Assembly: GCA_964648715.1 (NCBI GenBank) | Contig: CAZYNM010000007.1 | Coordinates: 1,436 to 65,435, forward strand | Length of the DNA stretch: 64,000 bases | Direction: 5' to 3' | Source of the DNA: an uncultured Pseudomonadales bacterium | GTDB taxonomy: Bacteria; Patescibacteriota; Microgenomatia; UBA1400; PJMF01 | Shown: one piece after another, positions 8,652 through 17,424 of the stretch | Layout of the letters: each line of letters starts with the position of its first letter | Position numbering within the stretch: position 1 is the first letter of the stretch | Notes under the pieces: model-generated | Seen by the model: only the letters and a program-made list of their open reading frames with translations | What the model was told of the DNA's origin: nothing | The model's database searches: none | Made by a program: the position numbers and the translations under genes

Positions 8652-9940
8652 TATTCGTTCTCCCCCACCAGAAATCCACTCAGATCATTACGTCCTACTT
8701 CAATCTTGTACACAGATTTATCAAGTCGTCTGAGTACCACCATTGCAGTTTTTATTTTACGTTCCTTAAGGCGGAAGCTCACTTCTATCACTGGTGCTTT
8801 GGTTTCATCTTTCTCTGTTTGAAACCATAATAAATCGTCTGTACTTAACAGAGACAAGTCCTCAGCAAGCTGGCGTGAGATCGCACTGCGAAACCGGCCT
8901 GTGTTGAGTAATGCCTCGACCGTGTGTTTTGCCTTGGATTCATTCCCAGCATAGACAGCAATTGACGTGCGTGGTGGCGCAATAAGGAGACCATCTTCAG
9001 CTTTAATTTTATCCGCAAAATTTGCAGCAAATAATGCTTGACCAATTTTCACGCCATGTTCTGCGCTTAACACTTGGAGATCACTCACCCGTTCCAATCG
9101 TCTTCTCAAACCAGCACGATTAGCAAGTTGTATAGAAAGTCCTGGATTGGCATTGAGTTCCACAACAAGAGGTCCACTTGTTTCGCTAATGAATAGGTCA
9201 ACACCACAAAACATCAAACCTGCAGCGCTTGCTGCTTCAACAGCAGTTTGCAACGCTTTGCGCCAAACGGGGATTTTAATGCCATTGAGTTTCTTTTTGC
9301 CATCTGCCATGGTAAGTATAGGTTGACCAGTTCCTGTAATGCCATACGTGGTAATACCGGTCGCAATATCAATCCCTACCCCAATAGCACCCTGGTGCAA
9401 ATTTGCCCTTCCTTCGGACTCGGGGGTGGGTAATCGCAGCATAGCCATAACAGGGACTTGATTAAAAACAATGATACGCACGTCTGGCGTTCCTTTATAG
9501 GCATATTTTTGGAACATGGGATGAATGGGGATGCGTTCTTCAATAATAACATTGTGATTTGATCCGTAGGTACTGTACTGTCCATCAAGAATGTCAAAGC
9601 AATGGAGCTTGACCTCATTGAGTGTCCATACTGTGCCAGTAGAATCATGCCAAGCAAGCTCTTTTTCTACTTTACTGCGGAAGATTGCCACGCCTTTACC
9701 AGCATTGCCATCTGTGGGTTTAATCACAAAGTTACTTTCGAGTGTATCCCAAGGAAATTCATTAACATCTTCAATTGAAGTTAAGATGCCATGAACACGT
9801 GCTGTGCCAATATTGCTATTTTGCAGTAAGATCTTGGTAGCATATTTTGAGCTACAAAAACTTTTCGCTTTGGCTGAGTTGAGCGAACAATACTGCTGCT
9901 GACGAGCATTCATGCCGAGAATATCAGAAGATTTCACCAT
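8651..9940 (-). CDS. RimK-like alpha-L-glutamate-ligase-type ATP-grasp fused to a C-terminal retropepsin-like domain
   Basis: ILGMNAR, FVIKP...GKG, DVRIIVF, MAMLRLPT.ES.GRANLHQGAIGVGID, ELNANPGLSIQLAN. The C-terminus reads ALLNTG...VGRNDL. Confidence 0.88.
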   Translation of the reverse strand: MVKSSDILGMNARQQQYCSLNSAKAKSFCSSKYATKILLQNSNIGTARVHGILTSIEDVNEFPWDTLESNFVIKPTDGNAGKGVAIFRSKVEKELAWHDSTGTVWTLNEVKLHCFDILDGQYSTYGSNHNVIIEERIPIHPMFQKYAYKGTPDVRIIVFNQVPVMAMLRLPTPESEGRANLHQGAIGVGIDIATGITTYGITGTGQPILTMADGKKKLNGIKIPVWRKALQTAVEAASAAGLMFCGVDLFISETSGPLVVELNANPGLSIQLANRAGLRRRLERVSDLQVLSAEHGVKIGQALFAANFADKIKAEDGLLIAPPRTSIAVYAGNESKAKHTVEALLNTGRFRSAISRQLAEDLSLLSTDDLLWFQTEKDETKAPVIEVSFRLKERKIKTAMVVLRRLDKSVYKIEVGRNDLSGFLVGENE

Positions 9941-9946
9941 AGGTTG

Positions 9947-10870
9947 TTATGACTCGATAATAGTGCGGAAACGCAGATACTCCAATAAGCGGAGCCCTTG
10001 GTACTTACCAGCAAGAATATTGCCCAATGCCACAAAGATAATTGTAAGTTCTGGATTAATGAGAACGGTCTGTTGCAGCCCTTCCCAGCCAATCAATAAA
10101 GAACAAACCACTGCAATAAATAGTGTTTCTAGGGTAAGTTGTACTGCTTGCGATTTGGTACTAGAAAGCTGAGTCTCCATGAAGTTTTCCATGAGTAGAA
10201 TCATGATGAGGAGTGGAAAAATGTTAATTCCAATGATCGCATTGAAACCAGTGACTGTGGCTGCGATGAGCATAATCAAGATGACGAGTGACACACCCGA
10301 AATAAGAAGCGCGGTACGCGGAAGGTACTGCAACTTGAGTCGTTGTGTGAGCGGCCTTAACACGACAGTTGCTAACAAAACAACGGCAAACAGTAGCACC
10401 CCTGTGCTAATGCCTGTTGATACAAAAGCCACAGACAACACAGCAGGTATATAGATACCAAAGCCTTGCAGCCCAATCAAGTGCCTTGAAGCAGAGATGA
10501 TTGCTGTGATAGCAGGAAACAAAATGATAAGAACGACGATATTTGCAGGTAGGCCTTTATCTATGGCTCTACGAATGCCATGCTGAAGAAGATTGTGCCA
10601 GCTAAGTGGCTCAATAGGATGTTCATCAAGGTACGCAGCAAGTTTACTTTTTTGTTTGCCTGTTGTTTCAGTGATATCACGATCGCGTTTTTCTTGGATT
10701 TTTTCTTCAACCAGTGCCGAAGCAGATGCCTGTGCACTGGGAGTAGCTGGCTCAACAAGAACAAGCGGAACCTCCGTTGCCTGTGCTTTAACAGCAGTCT
10801 GTGCGGCAACCTGTGTATGGGTGATGCCAAGAAGGAACACCAAGACGCAGGCAGATGCCAGCAGTTTCAT
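9947..10870 (-). CDS. 7TM domain protein (7TM_transglut family, partner of RimK-like ligases)
   Basis: Signal peptide MKLLASAC; RHLIGLQGFGIYIP, YLPR, IFPLLIMILLMENF, GKYQGLRLLEYLRF. Confidence 0.85.
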   Translation of the reverse strand: MKLLASACVLVFLLGITHTQVAAQTAVKAQATEVPLVLVEPATPSAQASASALVEEKIQEKRDRDITETTGKQKSKLAAYLDEHPIEPLSWHNLLQHGIRRAIDKGLPANIVVLIILFPAITAIISASRHLIGLQGFGIYIPAVLSVAFVSTGISTGVLLFAVVLLATVVLRPLTQRLKLQYLPRTALLISGVSLVILIMLIAATVTGFNAIIGINIFPLLIMILLMENFMETQLSSTKSQAVQLTLETLFIAVVCSLLIGWEGLQQTVLINPELTIIFVALGNILAGKYQGLRLLEYLRFRTIIES

Positions 10871-10896
10871 ACGGATATTATACCGCACTCTGAGTT

Positions 10897-11253
10897 TTAA
10901 ATGAAGATTTTGACTAATGGCTGAAAAAAGCCGATCAGTAGAGAGATAATCATGATAGAAAAAAACTGATTGACATGGACTCCAAAAATGAGCATAGCGC
11001 TGATAGAGAATCCGGGAACCAAATAGAGTGCCAAGTACAGTAAGCATGTGTTGAGCACTGTAGAAAAAAGGCCAAGGGTAATGATATTAATAGGTAGAAA
11101 GAAAATTTTGAGTACCGGGCGAATAACGCCATACAGTATTGTTAATACAACACTGGCAATGAGAAGTGTAAGCCAGTTACTAAAGTTAACTGTTGGCAGT
11201 ACCCAAGCCAAGACGAACAACGTAATTGCGGTGCGAATAATAGGTCGTAACAT
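10897..11253 (-). CDS. Phage-holin-like 4TM membrane protein (YvlD/DUF360 family)
   Basis: IRPVLKIFFLPINIITLGLF...VPGF signature. Confidence 0.85.
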   Translation of the reverse strand: MLRPIIRTAITLFVLAWVLPTVNFSNWLTLLIASVVLTILYGVIRPVLKIFFLPINIITLGLFSTVLNTCLLYLALYLVPGFSISAMLIFGVHVNQFFSIMIISLLIGFFQPLVKIFI

Positions 11254-11271
11254 AGCCAAAGTATACCGTAT

Positions 11272-12684
11272 TTATTCTTGTTCTACCATGGCACGTGTTG
11301 CTCTCCGGTGATGTTGTTTTTTGGAAAAACGATGTGCTTCGTCTCTGAGTTTTTGCACGATCATCAATGCTGGATTTTGTGGAGGCAGTAGCAGCTCTTT
11401 ATACTGCCAGGCATGACTCTTTTCTGAGTGTTGTTTGTGCAACCACAGCTGCAACGGGAAGATCAGCCGATCAGGGTCTTTGGCAATACTTATCACCGGT
11501 GCGTGTCCGTTCCAGGTAAGTAGTGCAGCACGAAGCTGTCCTTTGCCTCCATCAATTACCAGAAGATCAGGGGTACCCCACTCGGGATGGTTCTGGCGAC
11601 GTGTGAGTGCTTCTTTCAGCATGTAATAGTCATTGGGCGTGGTGAGGGAACGTATATTAAACAAGCGATATTCACTGGGTTCTGGCTCTCCATCAATGCT
11701 CACCACTTGTGCCACAGCAGCGTTGGTTCCTTGGGTATTACTGACGTCATAACACTCTATTCGTTTTAGTGGATAGGTTTGTGGAGTCCCACAGTACTCA
11801 TGAAGATAGTGGGTCAGTTGGATGATCCCATTCTCGGTGGTGCTGGTGGCAAGATGGGCCTGAAGTAACAGGTCTGGTTTGAGTTTGTACTGTGGACTAG
11901 TTACTTCTGTAATGAGGCGGGCTTGATCACGAAATACAGCAGCTTTCTCAAATTCTTTTGTGGCTGCTGCCTCTTTCATCTTGTGGGTGAGATCTTTTTT
12001 TACTTCAGATGTTTTGCCGCGCAAAAAAAGCACAAGGTCATGCATGCTGTCTTTGTATTGTTCTGCATCAACAGTGTGGGCACATACTCCAGGGCATAAG
12101 TGAAGGTGATAATAAAAGCAAGGTCGAGTGTTCGCGTTTACGCGTTGAGCATTGCACCAAGGGAAAATAGGGCGAACAATACGTAAGACTTCTTTTACTT
12201 TGTATGCACTTTGAAAGGGTCCAAGTATAGTTCCTTTAGGTTTTTTCTTATCAAGTTCTTGTTTACGCATGGTGAGCACTCGAGGAAAGGCTTCCTCCGT
12301 AATATGAATGTACAGAGGGCTTTTATCATCTTTAAGCAAGATGTTGAAAGGAGGAAGATAGGTGTGAATGAGCTCTGCCTCGGTGAGCAATGCTTCTAAT
12401 TCGCTCTCAAGAACCAGATGCTTCAGTGCGACAGCAGTGTGGACTAATTGTTTTGTTTTGGGTTGCAGGCGAGTAACGTAGGTATACGATGAGACCCGTT
12501 TTTTAAGGTCTTTGGCCTTGCCAACATACAATACGCTACCGTTTTCGTTTAAAAACCAGTAGACCCCAGGCAGAGATGGCAACGATGAGACCACCTGCGA
12601 CCACAGTAAGGACTTGGGTTTGGTCTGAGATTGTGCGGAGAACTTTGGGTCCGGCTGTGAGAGTGGCGGTATGCGTTGTGACAT
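11272..12684 (-). CDS. uvrC: Excinuclease ABC subunit C (lacks the C-terminal HhH; start uncertain)
   Basis: LPSLPGVY, LYVGKAKDLKKRVSSY, LLTEAELI, C..YHLHLCPGVC, UVR helix, IECYDVSN, IDGGKGQ, LRDEAHRFS. Confidence 0.92.
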   Translation of the reverse strand: MSQRIPPLSQPDPKFSAQSQTKPKSLLWSQVVSSLPSLPGVYWFLNENGSVLYVGKAKDLKKRVSSYTYVTRLQPKTKQLVHTAVALKHLVLESELEALLTEAELIHTYLPPFNILLKDDKSPLYIHITEEAFPRVLTMRKQELDKKKPKGTILGPFQSAYKVKEVLRIVRPIFPWCNAQRVNANTRPCFYYHLHLCPGVCAHTVDAEQYKDSMHDLVLFLRGKTSEVKKDLTHKMKEAAATKEFEKAAVFRDQARLITEVTSPQYKLKPDLLLQAHLATSTTENGIIQLTHYLHEYCGTPQTYPLKRIECYDVSNTQGTNAAVAQVVSIDGEPEPSEYRLFNIRSLTTPNDYYMLKEALTRRQNHPEWGTPDLLVIDGGKGQLRAALLTWNGHAPVISIAKDPDRLIFPLQLWLHKQHSEKSHAWQYKELLLPPQNPALMIVQKLRDEAHRFSKKQHHRRATRAMVEQE

Positions 12685-14392
12685 AATTTTCATTGGAAAG
12701 TGCGGCAGATACTGTCACATTTCCTGTTTGTATACTGTACCCGTTGCTTGGAGCACTGTGAACTACAATTTCTTTAGTTTGAAACGGAAGTAGCGTATCA
12801 ATAGTGTAGCGACCGGGATCTATCAGTGCCCCATTGGAACCAACCAGTTGTACATCTACATTATACCAGGCTACTCCAGTCTTGTTAGTTACTGCAAGAG
12901 TGTGCAATCCGGGTATTTTGAGACCCAGGAGCGACTTGGGCATGAACATAATGGCGAGATCAGGTTGGGTATCTGGGAAGGTAGTAGCTAAATCAACAGA
13001 GATATCTTGAGTTGAAACATGATCAGCTTTATAAGAGCCAGCTGGATACGGTGTGGTGCTTGATATGCCGTTTATTGCAAAGGTGATGTGGTTGAGGTCA
13101 AATTGATGAAAGTAGTCAACTCCACCTGTCGTATTTTGCCAAGTTGGATCAACTTGTTTCCAGTGTTGTGTTGCTTCATCAAAATATTCTGGCCAAGCAT
13201 GTAATACATCGGCAGCATAACTAAGCGGTTTAAGTGCTTTATTTTGTGTGTAGGCATATCCGGTGAGGCGTCGAGCAGCCACTCCTTGTGCCCGCGCCAA
13301 TGCCACAAAGAGATCAGTGAACTCTTGGCATACTGCTTGAGTGGGTGCTGCAAGCGCGGCACGAGCTCCTTTGCGAGGGAGTATCTCTCCTTTATCAACA
13401 CTCTCATATGAATAGGTCAAACTCTTCACGACATAGGTGTACAAGCTCTCTACTCCTGCATGTGAAGCAGCAAGCTCTTTGATCTTTGCATCAGTACTTT
13501 CCCAATACTTTTGGTCAGCAAAGTGATCTGGAGTGGGATGCTGGGTGGTCACGATAGTAGAAGGCTCAAGCGTCACTTTTACATTGGCTGTAAGGTACAC
13601 AGGTTGTTGGGTATTGGGAGGAATGTGATAGGTAGCTATCCAGTTGCCGTCCGCATCAACCGAGATGTCATTGGTAGGTGGCTCAAGTGAGAGATACTGT
13701 ACCCGCTGGTATGCGGTATCTGGTGGCAGCGCAACTTGCATAAAACCAGGGTTACTACTGGCATTTTGGAGGTTATATCGCAAGGTGAGCGTGAAGAATT
13801 GTTCAGTCCCAAATACAGCCACAATTGGTTGCTGATTCACATCAGCGAAGCGCGTTGTAATGAAAGCACCATCAAGTTGTGAGACGCCCGTTTGTGGAGA
13901 AATTCGCACTGGGTTTCCAAAAGAAAATGGAGTGCGTAAAATGATGCTGTGTTCTTTATAGTTTTCATCTGTACTAAACGGGGGGATCTGCACTTCTAGA
14001 ACTTTACCTGCTCTTTGTGCAAGCTCAGTGCTCTCATATCGTACGGTGAACGTGTGGCTTTTGCCCTCTCCCACTACATCGTCTGGAAATGTGATGAGAA
14101 TACTAGTGGCTGTACCAGAAGTAGTGATGGTTGGTTCAAGATTTTTGCCATTGTACTCTACCGTTACATTACTCAAATTGGTAGCGTAAAGCGATAAGGA
14201 GTACTGTTTGAGAAAAACGGTGGGGAGCAAATTCTTAATGGTAAATTGATGTGTGATAACAGTGTTGCCAGATTCGGAAACTGTATATGTAGTAGTGAGG
14301 CGGTTCTCAAATGACTGCTCCGCTTTGACTGGCGAGACACCCCACGCCATGAGTGTTACACATATAAAAAAAACTACTAGTGCACCACGCAT
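12536..14392 (-). CDS. Secreted, membrane-anchored transglutaminase-like protein
   Basis: Signal peptide; Cys-His-Asp triad motifs VCQEFTDLFVALARAQG, HAWPEY, WKQVDPTW; C-terminal TM helix plus KRKR. Confidence 0.88.
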   Translation of the reverse strand: MRGALVVFFICVTLMAWGVSPVKAEQSFENRLTTTYTVSESGNTVITHQFTIKNLLPTVFLKQYSLSLYATNLSNVTVEYNGKNLEPTITTSGTATSILITFPDDVVGEGKSHTFTVRYESTELAQRAGKVLEVQIPPFSTDENYKEHSIILRTPFSFGNPVRISPQTGVSQLDGAFITTRFADVNQQPIVAVFGTEQFFTLTLRYNLQNASSNPGFMQVALPPDTAYQRVQYLSLEPPTNDISVDADGNWIATYHIPPNTQQPVYLTANVKVTLEPSTIVTTQHPTPDHFADQKYWESTDAKIKELAASHAGVESLYTYVVKSLTYSYESVDKGEILPRKGARAALAAPTQAVCQEFTDLFVALARAQGVAARRLTGYAYTQNKALKPLSYAADVLHAWPEYFDEATQHWKQVDPTWQNTTGGVDYFHQFDLNHITFAINGISSTTPYPAGSYKADHVSTQDISVDLATTFPDTQPDLAIMFMPKSLLGLKIPGLHTLAVTNKTGVAWYNVDVQLVGSNGALIDPGRYTIDTLLPFQTKEIVVHSAPSNGYSIQTGNVTVSAALSNENYVTTHTATLTAGPKVLRTISDQTQVLTVVAGGLIVAISAWGLLVFKRKR

Positions 14393-14425
14393 ATGGCCTC
14401 ATTGTAGAAGAAAAAGATCTCTTTG

Positions 14426-17389
14426 TCAGGATGCGCTCTCGAACTCTTCTTTAAGGAAGACCCCCGTATGTGATTCTGGGTTTTGAGCCACCTCCCTGGG
14501 CGTGCCTGTCGCAATCACTTCACCACCGTGTGCTCCGCCTTCTGGCCCCAGATCAATGACCCAGTCAGTGTTTTTAATAATATCCAAGTTGTGCTCAATG
14601 ACAATGACAGTATTGTCTTGTTTGACTAGCTGGTTAAGAACATCGAGTAATTTTTGAACATCAGCGAAATGGAGTCCAGTCGTTGGCTCATCAAGAAGGT
14701 AGATAGTGTGTTCATAACTTCGTGTAGAAAGCTCTTTAGCCAGCTTAACGCGTTGTGCTTCGCCTCCGCTCAATGTAGGAGCTGGCTGCCCAAGATGAAT
14801 GTAGCCCAATCCAACTGCTTGCAGTGTCTCCAACTTGCGAGCAATGGTCCCGGTATCTTTGAAGAACACCGCTGCCTCATCAACCGTAAGTTCAAGTACT
14901 TCTGTGATGTTTTTGCCCTTATAGAGCACTTCAAGTGTTTCTTGGTTATAGCGCTTACCATGGCACACATCGCACGTTACATAGACGTCTGGCAAAAACT
15001 GCATCTCAATTTTGAGTTGTCCATCACCCTGGCACGCCTCACAGCGACCACCTTTGACGTTGAAGCTAAATCTTCCTGATTGATAGCCACGAATGCGCGC
15101 GTCTTGTGTTTGGGTAAATAGCTGGCGGATGTAATCAAATATTTTGGTGTAGGTTGCTGGATTTGAGCGAGGTGTTTTACCAATAGGACTTTGGTCAATC
15201 AGTGAGACTCTTTTGACAGTATCTGGGACACTGATGCGCTCTATCTCTCCTCCAATCCCTTCAGTTTGCTTGTTGAGATGTTTACACAAATGATAGTACA
15301 ACGTCTCATACAGGAGCGTTGACTTGCCTGATCCAGAAACGCCCGAAATACAGACTAGTTTACCCAACGGAAATTCCACATCAACGTGCTTAAGATTATG
15401 GTGGTGTGCCCCAAATATTCTTAAGTATGGTGATGCGGATTGTACGTCTGGATCAGTGTACGAACGCTCTGTGGTATGCTCACGAGCCAGTGACACATCT
15501 TTTTTGCGGCTAAGGTACTTGCCCGTGAGTGAAGTACTCTGCTTCATGAGCTGTTCTGGCGTTCCAGCTGCCACAATGGTCCCGCCGTGTTGTCCTGCAC
15601 CCGGCCCAAAATCAACAATGTGATCTGCAGCTAACATGACATCTCGGTCATGTTCTACTACTACCACAGTATTCCCTTTTTCTTGCAAATTCTTGAGTGT
15701 TTCAATAAGACGCCTATTATCTCGTTGATGTAATCCAATAGTTGGTTCGTCCAAGATGTACAAAACACCCGTCAAACCAGTACCAATTTGTGAAGCAAGT
15801 CTGATGCGCTGTGCCTCTCCACCCGCAAGAGTGGCAGCTTCACGGTGAAGTGTGAGGTATTCTAAGCCTACAGCAGTTAGGAACTCCAATCTACTGATTA
15901 TTTCTTTAAGGATTGAAACAGCTATTTTTTTATCTTTATCAGAAATGCTTTCACTTTGATTGAGTAAAGTCATAAAATAGAGACATGCATCTATGGGCAT
16001 CTTGACTACCTCAGCAATAGATTTTTCTGCAATTTTTACATTGAGTGGCTCTGGTTTCAAGCGATCTCCCAAACAACTGGGACATACCTGCCTATTCATA
16101 AATGCTTCGATTTCAGAACGAATAAATTGTGAATCGGTCTCGCTGTAGCGACGCTCTAGGTTGGTCACAAAACCTTCAAACTTTTCTTGAATAGCAGTTT
16201 CTTTACCAAATCTGTTCTCACCACTCACAGTGTATATTTTGTCTGAACCGTACAATAACAATTGTTGTGTGGGAACTGGAATCTCTTCAAAGGGTGTTTT
16301 CCTAAAATCAATACCCGCCTCCTCTGTTACTGTTCTTACTAGCCTTGACCACCAGCTATCGCTGCTGAGTACACGAGCAAAGGGAATAATTGCACCCTCG
16401 CTGAGGGAAAGTGCTGGAGCCAGCATCTTGTGTGTGTCAATTTTGAGCAAGGTTCCTAATCCGTGGCAAGTCTCGCAAGCTCCTTGTGGCGAGTTGAAAG
16501 AAAAGGCTCTGGGCTCTAGTTCGGGAAATGAGGTCCCACAGGTGTTGCAGGCACGTTTTTCGCTATAGGTAGTATCACTATATTTTTGTGGATGATCCGG
16601 AAAAGTAAGACTTTCATCAAGAATACAGCTAGCAACTACCGTACCATCAGACAATTTGAGTGCTTCTTCTACTGTTTGAGTAATTCTACTTCGCAGAGTT
16701 TTATATGATGCTTCATTCTTCAGTTCCTGTGATGAGATGACCACACGATCAACAATCACTTCTATAGTGTGTTTATTGTTTTTAAGCAAGCTAAATTGTT
16801 CAGCAAAACTAAAAACACTACCATCAATTCTCACACGGTTGTATCCTTTTTTTTGGAGATTCTCAAATAAGCCCTGGAACTCTCCTTTGCGATCTTGGAC
16901 AACAGGTGACAAAATGAAAAAACGTGCAGGTTGTAAAACTGAATGGTCTCTCATCTGTACAAAGATTTTCTCAACTATCTCATCAACTGTCTGTGTAGAT
17001 ATCGGCGTAGAACAAGTGGGACAGTACTGCACACCAATGCGTGCAAATAATAGACGCAAATAGTCATAAATTTCGGTAATGGTACCTACTGTGGAGCGGG
17101 GGTTGTGTGATGTGGTTTTCTGATCAATGGAAATAGCAGGCGACAAACCTTCAATATGATCAACATCTGGTTTGTGCATGACTCCCAGAAATTGACGTGC
17201 GTACGAAGAAAGACTTTCTACATAGCGTCGTTGTCCTTCTGCATAGAGAGTGTCAAATGCTAATGAGCTCTTTCCACTACCGGACAATCCAGTGAAAACC
17301 ACTAGCTTGTTTTTGGGAATGGTAAGCGAAACATTTTTGAGGTTATGTTCGCGTGCACCAGTGACTGTAATCGTATCGTGTGTACTCAT
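14426..17389 (-). CDS. uvrA: Excinuclease ABC subunit A
   Basis: GAREHNLKN, GLSGSGKSSLAFDTLYAEGQRRY, two ABC cassettes, zinc fingers, LSGGEAQR. Confidence 0.98.
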   Translation of the reverse strand: MSTHDTITVTGAREHNLKNVSLTIPKNKLVVFTGLSGSGKSSLAFDTLYAEGQRRYVESLSSYARQFLGVMHKPDVDHIEGLSPAISIDQKTTSHNPRSTVGTITEIYDYLRLLFARIGVQYCPTCSTPISTQTVDEIVEKIFVQMRDHSVLQPARFFILSPVVQDRKGEFQGLFENLQKKGYNRVRIDGSVFSFAEQFSLLKNNKHTIEVIVDRVVISSQELKNEASYKTLRSRITQTVEEALKLSDGTVVASCILDESLTFPDHPQKYSDTTYSEKRACNTCGTSFPELEPRAFSFNSPQGACETCHGLGTLLKIDTHKMLAPALSLSEGAIIPFARVLSSDSWWSRLVRTVTEEAGIDFRKTPFEEIPVPTQQLLLYGSDKIYTVSGENRFGKETAIQEKFEGFVTNLERRYSETDSQFIRSEIEAFMNRQVCPSCLGDRLKPEPLNVKIAEKSIAEVVKMPIDACLYFMTLLNQSESISDKDKKIAVSILKEIISRLEFLTAVGLEYLTLHREAATLAGGEAQRIRLASQIGTGLTGVLYILDEPTIGLHQRDNRRLIETLKNLQEKGNTVVVVEHDRDVMLAADHIVDFGPGAGQHGGTIVAAGTPEQLMKQSTSLTGKYLSRKKDVSLAREHTTERSYTDPDVQSASPYLRIFGAHHHNLKHVDVEFPLGKLVCISGVSGSGKSTLLYETLYYHLCKHLNKQTEGIGGEIERISVPDTVKRVSLIDQSPIGKTPRSNPATYTKIFDYIRQLFTQTQDARIRGYQSGRFSFNVKGGRCEACQGDGQLKIEMQFLPDVYVTCDVCHGKRYNQETLEVLYKGKNITEVLELTVDEAAVFFKDTGTIARKLETLQAVGLGYIHLGQPAPTLSGGEAQRVKLAKELSTRSYEHTIYLLDEPTTGLHFADVQKLLDVLNQLVKQDNTVIVIEHNLDIIKNTDWVIDLGPEGGAHGGEVIATGTPREVAQNPESHTGVFLKEEFESAS

Positions 17390-17424
17390 ATTAAACGAGA
17401 GCATCCAGTATATCGTATGTTCGT

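Noticed and set aside
10897-11253. Holin as evidence of a prophage
   Set aside because: This family is commonly chromosomal near uvr genes, and no phage genes are nearby.
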